DNA of 64,000 bases from NCBI GenBank assembly GCA_965202585.1, contig OZ241829.1, positions 29,884,001-29,948,000 on the forward strand, read 5' to 3'. Made by a program: the position numbers and the translations under genes. The notes below the pieces were generated by a model that did not search any database, was not told the DNA's origin, and saw only the letters and a program-made list of their open reading frames with translations. This DNA is from Thalia democratica. Its lineage: Eukaryota. Numbering within the stretch: position 1 is the stretch's first letter; each line of letters starts with the position of its first letter. Shown piece by piece: positions 27,501 to 34,173 of this stretch.

Positions 27501-30500
27501 TCACCTAAAAGCAACATGTTTGATAATTTGAAACTTGAAAACAGTCTAGGAATAAAATGTCACCTCTTCTATACTGATAAACAGACTGCGGTGAGTTTCC
27601 ACCAGTAGACAATGGTTACTTGACGCGTTTAGTGGGGCCATTTGAAATAGACGAAAACCGATTTGTAACAACCGAAGTGAAGTACAATTGCCACCGGGGC
27701 TACGTTTACTCGAAAGAAATCAGCAAATTTACTTGCAATCACCCCTCGGACACGTTTAATTTTGGAACCTGCGTCACAAGTATTACTTAGTATAGATATT
27801 ACAAGTTTAGTTTATTTTTAAGCCACGAGTGTAAAATATAACAGCAAGTTGTCTTTTACCGTAACAAAAATAACACTATTTAAAAACGCGTTCACTCTGC
27901 CTTTTGTGTTCAACTAATCTTTCAATGTACAGCTTGCAATAGTGACCTAAAAGGCTCAAGTCCAAGTATGAATGTGATATTATCCGCAGCACGCTCGATT
28001 TACATTACACCAGGAACAACAGCAGAGTACACTTGCAGGTATAAAGGCAAGTATCTTACGCCGGGCATCGCATCGTCTTGCGTCTCAGTTTCCGATTGGA
28101 GATATCCCGACGAACTTTTGTGCCCGAGAGCAAAATACCTTTGCTTGTCGGACGGAAGTTGGGAAAGAATCGGGCAGTTTTCTTGCCGCACAGGTTTGTG
28201 AAGAAGTAACTGTGCAAAAAACAAACGGTACAAAACAAAATTTAAACTGTAGTTTTTAGCTTCGCAACGTTTTGTTTTTACTTAAATAGACTTAGGATCA
28301 ACCAAGTTACGCTTTTTTCCAACAATTTTTTTATTGCTTACGGATGTCTAAACTTTATTACACTTTTATAAAACCACAGTACCTCTACGAGATAAAAATT
28401 AAATTTAGTGTGTTTTAGTATTTTAATTCCTTTGATAACTTAAATTTCAACTTCACACCAACAACATGTACAAAACTTAAGTGTTACAAAGCTTATACAT
28501 TGAAACAATTTAGAATGCGGGAGTCCTCCCGAGAGTAGTACTACAGAATGGACTTTAATTAGTTTTGATAGAGTCGACGGCAAATTTTTTACTGGCAGTT
28601 TAGTCTTTTACTCCTGTGTTGATACCACTTTTGTGGCAAAAGAGTCCAAAGCGCAACGTACTTCATATTGTACAGACAAAGGAGATTGGGACAGGAGCGA
28701 AGCGCCTATTTGCGTTCCTGGTAAGACTATAAGTATACTTTTCTGTCTTAACTTTTACAGCGCTATTTATGATAGCTTTTTTGTGTGCAACTTACTTGCT
28801 AGAAAATTTTTTCATGTCGTAACTATTAGACTAGCAATCTTTTTACTCTTATTTGCATCTGAAACCATAAAAAAACTCAGCTTGCACTCGACTACCAAAG
28901 ATTACTTTCGGAACATCTGAGGTTGTCAGAAACGGTCACCCTGACGGTCATAGCGTGCAGGGAACCGCAGTGAAAGTCACTTGCGACGACAATTACTACC
29001 TGTCAGATCCTGTACACTCACCGGCTTCTGTAACTTACGAGTGCGTAGAAGACGCCGCAAGCAGCCACGTTAAATGGAACAACCCAGACGTGCACCCTAT
29101 ATGCTTGAAGAGTTTGTGATCTTTTATATATTTCAATTGACTTTTTTCTGGTTTTGTGTAACTTTACCTGTATCTAATTTGCTTAAAACAATACTTACAA
29201 AAGACTTGAATTGAGCACTTTTCATTTAAATATTTTCAATATTGAATACTTGAATTTTTGTATGATACAAGTACAGTAACCTCTCGCTTATTCACGCACA
29301 TTGTGTCCACAGAAAAAGTACGTAAAGATACGAGAGATCGTAATGATACGAGAGGTACCAAATATACTTACTTTAATGGCTGTTTTTTGATATTGCTTCT
29401 ACTTAAAAGCAGACTGGGGACTTTCCCACTTTTAACAATTTTTTACTTTATTTATAAATATGAAGAGAAAAGATAAAACCATACATATGTTAAAAAAAAG
29501 GATTTAAATTTATATAGAATAATAATAGTTGTAGAAAAATTTACTAATTTTAATAATAAGTAGATTTTATCTTTATGTGACTTATTTGATACTTAACATT
29601 TATACTCTATTCTACTTAGAAAATTCAATTTATAATTAAGCATTTGTTTACAATAAAGAACTTAGACTAAAAAAAGTCAAAAGAAAATTAGTAATATAAG
29701 TACTACAAAAAAACAGTTGAGATTTGTGTTAAGTGTAAGTTCTATATTTATTAAGCATCACTTTTTGTTAGGAAGTTTAATTAGATTTCTTTTTTAAATG
29801 CTTATACATCTATAGGGCAAGAGAGCTGTATAGTTTATTTGTGTTTTAAAATATTTATTATACTTACTCACAATTTCATTATACTTCCATTATTTAACAC
29901 AGTCATATTTCTTTCAGAATTTTAATTTAATCTCTTATTGTTAACAAAATTTCTGATATACCAAAGTATAAGTAAATATTTATCAATTAGTCAAGGAACA
30001 TAAGTTTACAAAGTCTAAAGATATATAGAGAGGTGAGTTAGCATTAAAAAACATGTTTAAAAGTATACAATAAACCTAATTTGTGCAATATTAAAAAAAA
30101 ATTTAAAATATTTATTTTTTGAATTTTTTTGAATTCTATAATAAACGAGAGTGCGTAACGTCACGAGTGCGTAAAGATGCGAGAGGTTACTGTATTTAAG
30201 CTTTCATGCTGTAAGAAAATTTTGTTAAGAAAATTTTATAAATTCTACAATTTTGTTCATTATTATGACGTAATTATACTACTAAAGATTACATTCTATT
30301 TATGTTCAAAACTAGTTTAGTTATCAAAAAACGTTTGCATGTAAAGTAAGTTAGTTTTAAAAAAATTTAAACAATTTTTTTTTAAACATAGCTTATAGTT
30401 TTTTATTTAAACTTTCTAAGTTTTTATTTAGGTAATTAAATTCTGAGTTTTTTATAAAATAAGTGTATAACAGTTAATTTATGTTTGATTTTAAATTCAA

Positions 30501-33500
30501 ACAATGTTACAAAAGTTGTTAATTCAAACACTTTTTGTTTAAGATGAGGTGCATGAATATATATATATATTTATTATTTTATATAAGTTTGACACACTTA
30601 GCATACCGTATATCGTTACAGAGGGTTAGTAAGTCAGATGTTTTTCTACCTTAGAAAAATTAAATTAATTAAACTTTAATTTAGCTTTTATTATTTAACT
30701 GTTCAAAATATAGGTTTAATCGTTTGCTAACAAAAGATCCTAGTGAAATAACTTAACTGGAATATAAATAAAAACAACTTGTACAGTAATCTTCCTTTAT
30801 TGTACCAACATATGTTTCTGTGTGTTGATTCGTTAAAACACAGAAACATATGTTGGTACAATAAAGGAAGGTTACTGTACAATTTGCTTTTATTATTTAT
30901 CATTTTATTATATATTACTCACAATTACTATGTATTTGTTTATACCATAACACTTTTATTATGCATTGCATTTTATGCAGCAATTATATTGTTATATAAA
31001 AAATTAGATTTTTTGTACTTATCCAGAATTTTGATTATCCGGACATGTTTACAGAAAAGTCTTGCCAAACGTGTCCGGATAAGTGAATAAGCACTGTATT
31101 GCATTAGTATCAAATTATGACATTGCTTTTAACCTTTTATTGTAGTTTTATACTGCTTATATTCTAATTTCAGAATATTTCTAACTAAATGTTTACATTT
31201 GGAGCTATTAGTTTACTTTTCAAAACTTCTGTTACGATTGTTTATTAGAATAAAAAAGTTGCTAAAAGTAACACTAACATTTATTTACTCATCAAAAACA
31301 GAAAACTGTTATTTCTATCTTTTGTTGTTACCATCTACATACAAGGAAGCTTCGAAAGAATGCCAAAAGCAATCAGGAAGACTTCTTCAATCGACCTTAA
31401 CCGACGCTGATTATACCACGTTTGTTTGTTTGAGAACAAGTTTTCATACAAACAACAACGCTTAAACTTCACAATTTTAACAGGCATTTGAAGCGAGTAG
31501 AGGTTACGCTGAAGCAAAACAAAAACTGGAGGTACGCGTACGTGCACAAAAACTTAATTTTGAGCGGAGACGCAACATATATAGTGAAATATTGCAAAGA
31601 CTTTGCAGCGGGCTCTTCTCCTGAGTGTCTGGCCTTCGACAGCAACTCCAAATGCATCAAAGACGTGAGCTGCGACGAAAGACACGTTGCAGTTTGCGAA
31701 GTTCCCTACTTCTCCATAGAACTTACCGAGTCGGCAAATTACGAAAACAACGATCTGCAATGCAGAAAAAAAGAAGGGAGGCTGCTTTCCAGAGCTTTTA
31801 TGGTTCCGTTTTATAGGAGGTTGTTTACTATGTGTTACTTCAAGTTGATGGTTTAAAAGCTTGTTTTCTGCCATGCCTTTCAGTTTATTTTCTGACAAAT
31901 CAAAGTTTTAATTTACTAAACATTAATATGGCTTAAGTTAAAGATTTAAATTTTATTAAAAGTTTGAGTACGTGGTATTTCTTGTGTGCTCAGTTTACTT
32001 GGTGATCAAGTTTTTGTTAAATATTTTTACTTTTTCTACTATTGACACATACTTCTATATTATACAGCTAGTTTTAAACAATTATTTTTTCATTATTTTG
32101 ATCAACATCTTTTTTACTAACAACAAGTCTGTTATTTAATTGCGCTTTGTAAGCTTTGATTGAAAAGTTATAGTTACTTTATTCTGTAACTTTTAATGCG
32201 AAAACCCAAACAGTTTTAAACAAAGTCTTTGTTCTCGGTTCTCTTTTAAACTCGTCAAATTAAGGCAACAAAACACACGTATCACAAACATTTAAAAACA
32301 ATACAGAAACTTAGAAAGCTGGATAGACGAACTGACAGAAAACGCCGACATCTACTTGGGACTTTACCGGCCGGGCGATCAAGTTTCCGCCGGCGGCCAC
32401 GTCCTTACCGGGTACGGAGAAAAAATAGAAATTTCACGGCTGCAAGACAACAGTCTCCCGCTCAGGTTCTGCCACCGCCAGCCGGACAACCTGGTGAGGC
32501 AGCAAAACTGCGTCATGTACAGCAGGCGGGACAAATGCGCGCACGACGGCTTCTGCTACCCCTCGAGACGCACCATGTGCGAGCGTTCGACGTGCGCCGC
32601 GACCGAGACGACCGCGGGAGCTGAAAAGTGCCAAGGAGGAAGCTGGTACGTCGATACCAGGATCGACCACCAAAGTGCAAACCTGAACATGGCGTGTTAC
32701 AGAGGTACGAACTGCTGTTTGGTTGTTTATGCGGTTCAGATTACTTTTTGTAACGATGCAAGTTATATAAAAACTAACCTGTTTTAACGGATAAACTGCA
32801 TTTAGTGCTGTTTTTATTTAAACTTTAGCAATCTAATGCAACAAATAAACAGGGTTTGAAGTAAGAAAGACTCCGAAGCGGGGAACGTGGGCGGAGGTGA
32901 GGAAAATGTGCCGAGATTTGAGGGGTGACCTCGCGCATAACACATTGAAGAAGTACGTCGGTCAGCAACAAGTCAGCTACAAAGAGTCAGTTCAAATTGC
33001 TTTTACGTATGAAGCTGTTTAGTCAGTTTAGATGCCTGATTAATGAATTTTTGTTTTAAAAAAAGTTTTTCAGTTTTAAATTGAGTTTTTTTATCGTTTG
33101 CAAAATGCTGCACCAAAATATCGGTAGTGAAATATCAATTTGAAATTTAAACTGTGAATTCAGTTGCAAACAGCATAATTGCCATTGTTTAGAGCTTTTT
33201 GGTGAACTGTCATGTAATTTACATAAGCGTAAATAAAAAAACTCTGAATTTTGGTAACTATTGCTAACGGTTACATGACAATTCAAATTCGGACAACTTA
33301 AATTCCGATAACTAAGATTCTTAAAAAATAATTAAAAGGCTATATCTCCAAAAGTAATATAAATTTGATAAAAAAAAACAACTCGTATGTATATATTATT
33401 AAAATCTACAAGCCACTATTTGTTTTTTGCAAAATCTTAAATATTTTTTAAGATTTAAAAAAAAAAAATTAAATTACTATGTTTTTTTACTTTATTTAAG

Positions 33501-34065
33501 CCATTTCTCAAAAAATATTTTATGTTATGCAAAAAAAAACGGTTTTTATATATTAATAGGATCTACACATGTATTTTTTTATGTTTGACAAATATACATC
33601 AATTTTTTTGTTGTGACGCTTTTAAATTTTTTTCAAAGAATTTGAATTGTCTGAATTTGAATATTCGTGCACCCATTGCTAACAGAATCACCTTAATTGT
33701 TTCAAACGTGTGACATTTTCTAAAATACCTTTAAAATTTGTGTAGTTTTCATCTGACTGTGAAAGTATTGAACCAACAAACATTTTTACAGGCAAATAGA
33801 CGACCTCCTTCAAACGGAAGGGGCGTGGGTGGGCGTCGTAGTCACCGATTTGGATCTGAGCACTTCCCAATTCGAATACCTCGACGGCGAGCTGTTTTTC
33901 GCCGATGAAAGCTCTGCTAGCAGAAGCCTCAATTACTACTGGCAGCGCGGCTACAACTACAGAAGACCCCAAGCGAACCGGGCCGTCGCCATCAACTCCC
34001 GAAATTTTGTGCATTATCCCACCGACACCGTGCTACCGGGACTTTGTGAAATTGGAATGGTGTGA
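346..34065 (+). CDS. Giant multi-sushi (>=65 CCP) plus 3 C-terminal C-type lectin domain gene; 5' end outside window; 70 exons here
   Basis: 65 AG/GT-bounded phase 1-1 exons with the CCP pattern C..C..(W)..C splice in frame to 5 CTLD exons ending LCEIGMV-TGA at 34063-34065; AATAAA at 34174. Confidence 0.9.
958..1158 (+). CDS. CCP exon 2 (type E)
   Basis: 201 nt; CGPLPDIPN..CLTSGSWQYDDFQCLR. Confidence 0.9.
1578..1772 (+). CDS. CCP exon 3 (type F)
   Basis: 195 nt; CPPFNQT..CSQDGYWNSSFPTCEL. Confidence 0.9.
1892..2095 (+). CDS. CCP exon 4 (type A)
   Basis: 204 nt; CPSPTLDILNG..CQSGSWNNTRIPLCIK. Confidence 0.9.
2363..2560 (+). CDS. CCP exon 5 (type B)
   Basis: 198 nt; CPEPPES..CDRNGNWNIEDAPKCQP. 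Confidence 0.9.
2729..2929 (+). CDS. CCP exon 6 (type C)
   Basis: 201 nt; CEVPPFVDD..WDYQELPVCFK. Confidence 0.9.
3002..3190 (+). CDS. CCP exon 7 (type D)
   Basis: 189 nt; CEDKPIVNN..CGVDGKWTPEVYCHP. Confidence 0.9.
3340..3555 (+). CDS. CCP exon 8 (type E)
   Basis: 216 nt; CGKSATIPN..SLESVVEYSC..FVCLK. Confidence 0.9.
3712..3906 (+). CDS. CCP exon 9 (type G)
   Basis: 195 nt; CPAMS..CLPNEEWKLEFPSCVP. Confidence 0.9.
4084..4317 (+). CDS. CCP exon 10 (type H)
   Basis: 234 nt; CGTPKTFDN..YNCSAGY..YPQCVL. Confidence 0.85.
4552..4746 (+). CDS. CCP exon 11 (type I)
   Basis: 195 nt; CGVPKS..CNEAGSWEGEVGECYT. Confidence 0.9.
4871..5083 (+). CDS. CCP exon 12 (type J1)
   Basis: 213 nt; IQCLSP..TMTPDSFTGRVC..KCVK. 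Confidence 0.9.
5177..5377 (+). CDS. CCP exon 13 (type K1)
   Basis: 201 nt; CGKFPSVENG..EIGRCVV. Confidence 0.9.
5733..5933 (+). CDS. CCP exon 14 (type L, lacks Cys1 and Cys3)
   Basis: 201 nt; ELPELPAEIQNG..YECDGD..FVGNADGTW..PMCLR. Confidence 0.85.
6174..6377 (+). CDS. CCP exon 15 (type A)
   Basis: 204 nt; CPDILDVLNG..CQENGSW..LCIT. Confidence 0.9.
6636..6836 (+). CDS. CCP exon 16 (type B)
   Basis: 201 nt; CPDPPK..ISFTHITGEFW..RCVP. Confidence 0.9.
7058..7255 (+). CDS. CCP exon 17 (type C)
   Basis: 198 nt; CEAAPTVEN..GYYIDDETN..LPVCLK. Confidence 0.9.
7326..7511 (+). CDS. CCP exon 18 (type D)
   Basis: 186 nt; CDPVPDVAN..CGVDGKWTPVVECVP. Confidence 0.9.
7580..7789 (+). CDS. CCP exon 19 (type H)
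   Basis: 210 nt; CKSPATIKNG..TGEFEPSLPECLR. Confidence 0.9.
8122..8301 (+). CDS. CCP exon 20 (type I)
   Basis: 180 nt; CPKPLKVENG..GSWSGDFGGCYS. Confidence 0.9.
8421..8642 (+). CDS. CCP exon 21 (type J2)
   Basis: 222 nt; IECESPP..APEYYVGLVCGEDG..ACLP. Confidence 0.9.
8967..9158 (+). CDS. CCP exon 22 (type K2)
   Basis: 192 nt; CGDWPSVENG..LEFGNCVK. Confidence 0.9.
9436..9636 (+). CDS. CCP exon 23 (type L)
   Basis: 201 nt; CPEIPESIENG..CGENGEW..NPKCFK. Confidence 0.9.
9742..9933 (+). CDS. CCP exon 24 (type K1)
   Basis: 192 nt; CPPFPDITNG..EVGKCVE. Confidence 0.9.
10285..10491 (+). CDS. CCP exon 25 (type L)
   Basis: 207 nt; CPPLPEF..YTCQDDGSWDNQDLKPECLR. Confidence 0.9.
10777..10977 (+). 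CDS. CCP exon 26 (type A)
   Basis: 201 nt; CPARDGN..SDYVYLCEQSGFW..PLCIT. Confidence 0.9.
11032..11441. mobile_element. Degenerate hAT-like non-autonomous element (intronic)
   Basis: Right end reads CAGGGGCGAGAAACGTACGGCCTGCGGGCC on the minus strand, a hAT-type terminus; left end weak; no TSD seen. Confidence 0.35.
11520..11726 (+). CDS. CCP exon 27 (type B)
   Basis: 207 nt; CPPPPS..DGVWDNYKAPECAP. Confidence 0.9.
12167..12358 (+). CDS. CCP exon 28 (unique type M)
   Basis: 192 nt; CSAPPAIPY..CKGGSWSEAIRCPPETLK. Confidence 0.85.
12551..12599. mobile_element. 49-bp hAT/Charlie-like mini-element
   Basis: CAGGATTTCTC...GAAACCCTG termini; flanks CTCTAAAT/GTCTAAAG (6/8 match, NTCTANAN-like). 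Confidence 0.55.
12680..12877 (+). CDS. CCP exon 29 (type B-like)
   Basis: 198 nt; CKDPPERSTSSW..CQSDGSW..DCIQ. Confidence 0.9.
12993..13199 (+). CDS. CCP exon 30 (type C)
   Basis: 207 nt; CDIVPPIDY..CSYGNGW..LPTCKK. Confidence 0.9.
13382..13576 (+). CDS. CCP exon 31 (type D)
   Basis: 195 nt; CDEPPSIRN..CDMNGTWSPVEDCYP. Confidence 0.9.
14861..15064 (+). CDS. CCP exon 32 (type E)
   Basis: 204 nt; CKISPDIYN..SLESVVEYTC..FKCLR. Confidence 0.9.
15202..15396 (+). CDS. CCP exon 33 (type F)
   Basis: 195 nt; CPPFNVT..LSDP..WNITFPTCKR. Confidence 0.9.
15563..15796 (+). CDS. CCP exon 34 (type A)
   Basis: 234 nt; CPTPGITELKNG..CSQDGNW..PLCIT. Confidence 0.9.
15904..16101 (+). CDS. CCP exon 35 (type B)
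   Basis: 198 nt; CSDPPAG..ISFTHIKREFW..APICVP. Confidence 0.9.
16169..16372 (+). CDS. CCP exon 36 (type C)
   Basis: 204 nt; CEDPPTVDN..WNYTSLPVCLK. Confidence 0.9.
16428..16613 (+). CDS. CCP exon 37 (type D)
   Basis: 186 nt; CDSLPTVEN..CGVDGTWSGKVECYP. Confidence 0.9.
16899..17099 (+). CDS. CCP exon 38 (type E)
   Basis: 201 nt; CGTSPTILN..CENGGNF..FECLR. Confidence 0.9.
17525..18176. mobile_element. TTAA-flanked MITE (Kolobok- or Harbinger-like), 652 bp
   Basis: TTAA-GGGCATAGGGG ... CCCTATATGCCC-TTAA; related left end at 42199-42212. Confidence 0.65.
18552..18749 (+). CDS. CCP exon 39 (type G)
   Basis: 198 nt; CPSVPT..LFSGTVIKFSC..WESPFPYCLK. Confidence 0.9.
18919..19116 (+). CDS. CCP exon 40 (type B)
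   Basis: 198 nt; CPDPPEG..CGKDGNWDDNTAPKCTP. Confidence 0.9.
19346..19543 (+). CDS. CCP exon 41 (type C)
   Basis: 198 nt; CETPPTVPN..GYYIDDESN..LPVCLK. Confidence 0.9.
19655..19843 (+). CDS. CCP exon 42 (type D)
   Basis: 189 nt; CDNLPTVSN..CGVDGKWTPLIECVP. Confidence 0.9.
19911..20120 (+). CDS. CCP exon 43 (type H)
   Basis: 210 nt; CGDFTEIVNG..TGAFEPALPECFR. Confidence 0.9.
20482..20661 (+). CDS. CCP exon 44 (type I)
   Basis: 180 nt; CEDPPLVDK..GSWSGVLGKCYY. Confidence 0.9.
21626..21823 (+). CDS. CCP exon 45 (type B)
   Basis: 198 nt; CPNPPNS..CDSEGNWNDSNPPKCVP. Confidence 0.9.
21889..22092 (+). CDS. CCP exon 46 (type C; near-identical to exon 36)
   Basis: 204 nt; 2 nt differences from 16169-16372. 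Confidence 0.9.
22148..22333 (+). CDS. CCP exon 47 (type D)
   Basis: 186 nt; CDSLPTVNN..CGVDGTWSGKVECIP. Confidence 0.9.
22470..22670 (+). CDS. CCP exon 48 (type E)
   Basis: 201 nt; CGKSQSIPN..CVNGGNF..FQCLK. Confidence 0.9.
22967..23161 (+). CDS. CCP exon 49 (type G)
   Basis: 195 nt; CLSDE..CLPNGKWELVFPTCVP. Confidence 0.9.
23265..23468 (+). CDS. CCP exon 50 (type H)
   Basis: 204 nt; CGSPAIKNG..SGNFEPEIKCLT. Confidence 0.9.
23608..23787 (+). CDS. CCP exon 51 (type I)
   Basis: 180 nt; CGDPPNIPN..GKWEPEGGKCYT. Confidence 0.9.
23956..24201 (+). CDS. CCP exon 52 (type J1)
   Basis: 246 nt; QRCVTNP..TMTPDSFYGQLC..KCVR; acceptor chosen by phase. Confidence 0.85.
24351..24554 (+). CDS. CCP exon 53 (type K1)
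   Basis: 204 nt; CGAFPTIENG..DIGRCVP. Confidence 0.9.
24884..25084 (+). CDS. CCP exon 54 (type L)
   Basis: 201 nt; CAPELPMSIENG..CGADGW..QPRCLK. Confidence 0.9.
25158..25358 (+). CDS. CCP exon 55 (type A)
   Basis: 201 nt; CQPPGVLSNG..CQGDGSWSNTRVPFCVK. Confidence 0.9.
25431..25640 (+). CDS. CCP exon 56 (type B)
   Basis: 210 nt; CPNPPEG..ISFTHIKDEYW..APKCVP. Confidence 0.9.
25793..25972 (+). CDS. CCP exon 57 (type C)
   Basis: 180 nt; CEVPPFLDN..WYPSKLPTCLP. Confidence 0.9.
26041..26241 (+). CDS. CCP exon 58 (type D)
   Basis: 201 nt; CGVNPVVPN..CNRNGEWSHEVICVP. Confidence 0.9.
26306..26533 (+). CDS. CCP exon 59 (type H)
   Basis: 228 nt; CGQPTQIQNG..FEPSAPDCLP. Confidence 0.9.
26622..26801 (+). 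CDS. CCP exon 60 (type I)
   Basis: 180 nt; CPDPPTF..GTWTLNLGICYS. Confidence 0.9.
27012..27236 (+). CDS. CCP exon 61 (type J2)
   Basis: 225 nt; VRCKE..APSYYKGVVCGEDGQW..SCIA. Confidence 0.9.
27585..27779 (+). CDS. CCP exon 62 (type K2)
   Basis: 195 nt; CGEFPPVDNG..FNFGTCVT. Confidence 0.9.
27933..28193 (+). CDS. CCP exon 63 (6 Cys, internal insertion)
   Basis: 261 nt; CNSDL..YTC..SSCVSVSDWRYPDELLCPRAKYLCLSDGSW..FSCRT. Confidence 0.85.
28514..28720 (+). CDS. CCP exon 64 (type B)
   Basis: 207 nt; CGSPPESSTTEW..KGDWDRSEAPICVP. Confidence 0.9.
28881..29111 (+). CDS. CCP exon 65 (last CCP, L-like)
   Basis: 231 nt; CTRLPK..VTCDDNY..YEC..KWNNPDVHPICLK. Confidence 0.85.
29274..30192. mobile_element. 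pogo/Tigger-like MITE, 919 bp
   Basis: TIR CAGTAACCTCTCGC perfect for 14 bp, 23/26 extended; TA on both flanks. Confidence 0.85.
30784..30877. mobile_element. 94-bp hairpin MITE (Tc1/mariner-pogo type)
   Basis: 40-bp inverted arms with one mismatch, 14-nt loop, begins CAGTAA, TA flanks. Confidence 0.85.
31302..31419 (+). CDS. CTLD exon 1 (start of CTLD1)
   Basis: phase 1-2, 118 nt; NCYFY..TYKEASKECQKQSGRLL. Confidence 0.85.
31484..31819 (+). CDS. CTLD exon 2 (end of CTLD1, start of CTLD2)
   Basis: phase 2-2, 336 nt; CLAF..KCIKDVSC..AVCE then YF..QCRKKEGRLL; donor at the same domain position as in CTLD1. Confidence 0.8.
32307..32704 (+). CDS. CTLD exon 3 (end of CTLD2, lead-in to CTLD3)
   Basis: phase 2-1, 398 nt; YLGL..FCHRQPDN..NCV..KCAHDGFC..TMCE..CQGGSW..ACYR. 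Confidence 0.85.
32853..32985 (+). CDS. CTLD exon 4 (CTLD3 N-half; donor ambiguous: 32952, 32985 or 33006)
   Basis: phase 1-2; GTWAEVRKMCRDLRGDLAH. Confidence 0.75.
33269..33674. mobile_element. Mutator-like MITE, 406 bp
   Basis: Perfect 9-bp direct repeat ATTGCTAAC at 33260-33268 and 33675-33683; about 36-bp imperfect TIR starting with G; related end at 57469-57503. Confidence 0.8.
33792..34065 (+). CDS. Terminal exon (CTLD3 C-half and stop)
   Basis: phase 2 start; GAWVGV..FEYLDG..YYW..PGLCEIGMV*. Confidence 0.85.
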
Positions 34066-34173
34066 ACTGTTCGTTAAAAGAAATTTGTTTGTGTTCAAAA
34101 ATTTAAAACTTACAAAACTTTATTTTTTTATTTTCAGTATTTGTTTTCAATTTTTTGCAGTTTTGTTTTGTTG

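Noticed and set aside
346-29111. Periodic array as a CRISPR-like or prokaryotic system
   Set aside because: The periodicity is protein-level exon repetition with GT-AG introns; there are no identical DNA repeats with spacers and no cas genes
32922-32930. RGD in CRDLRGDLAH as an integrin-binding motif
   Set aside because: It sits at the structural GGxLA turn of the CTLD fold, so it is probably coincidental
408-34014. Many minus-strand or off-frame ORFs in the track overlapping CCP/CTLD exons (e.g. 866-1099, 5608-6054, 10647-11099, 31554-31898)
   Set aside because: They are shadows of the plus-strand exons, have no recognisable motifs and run into introns
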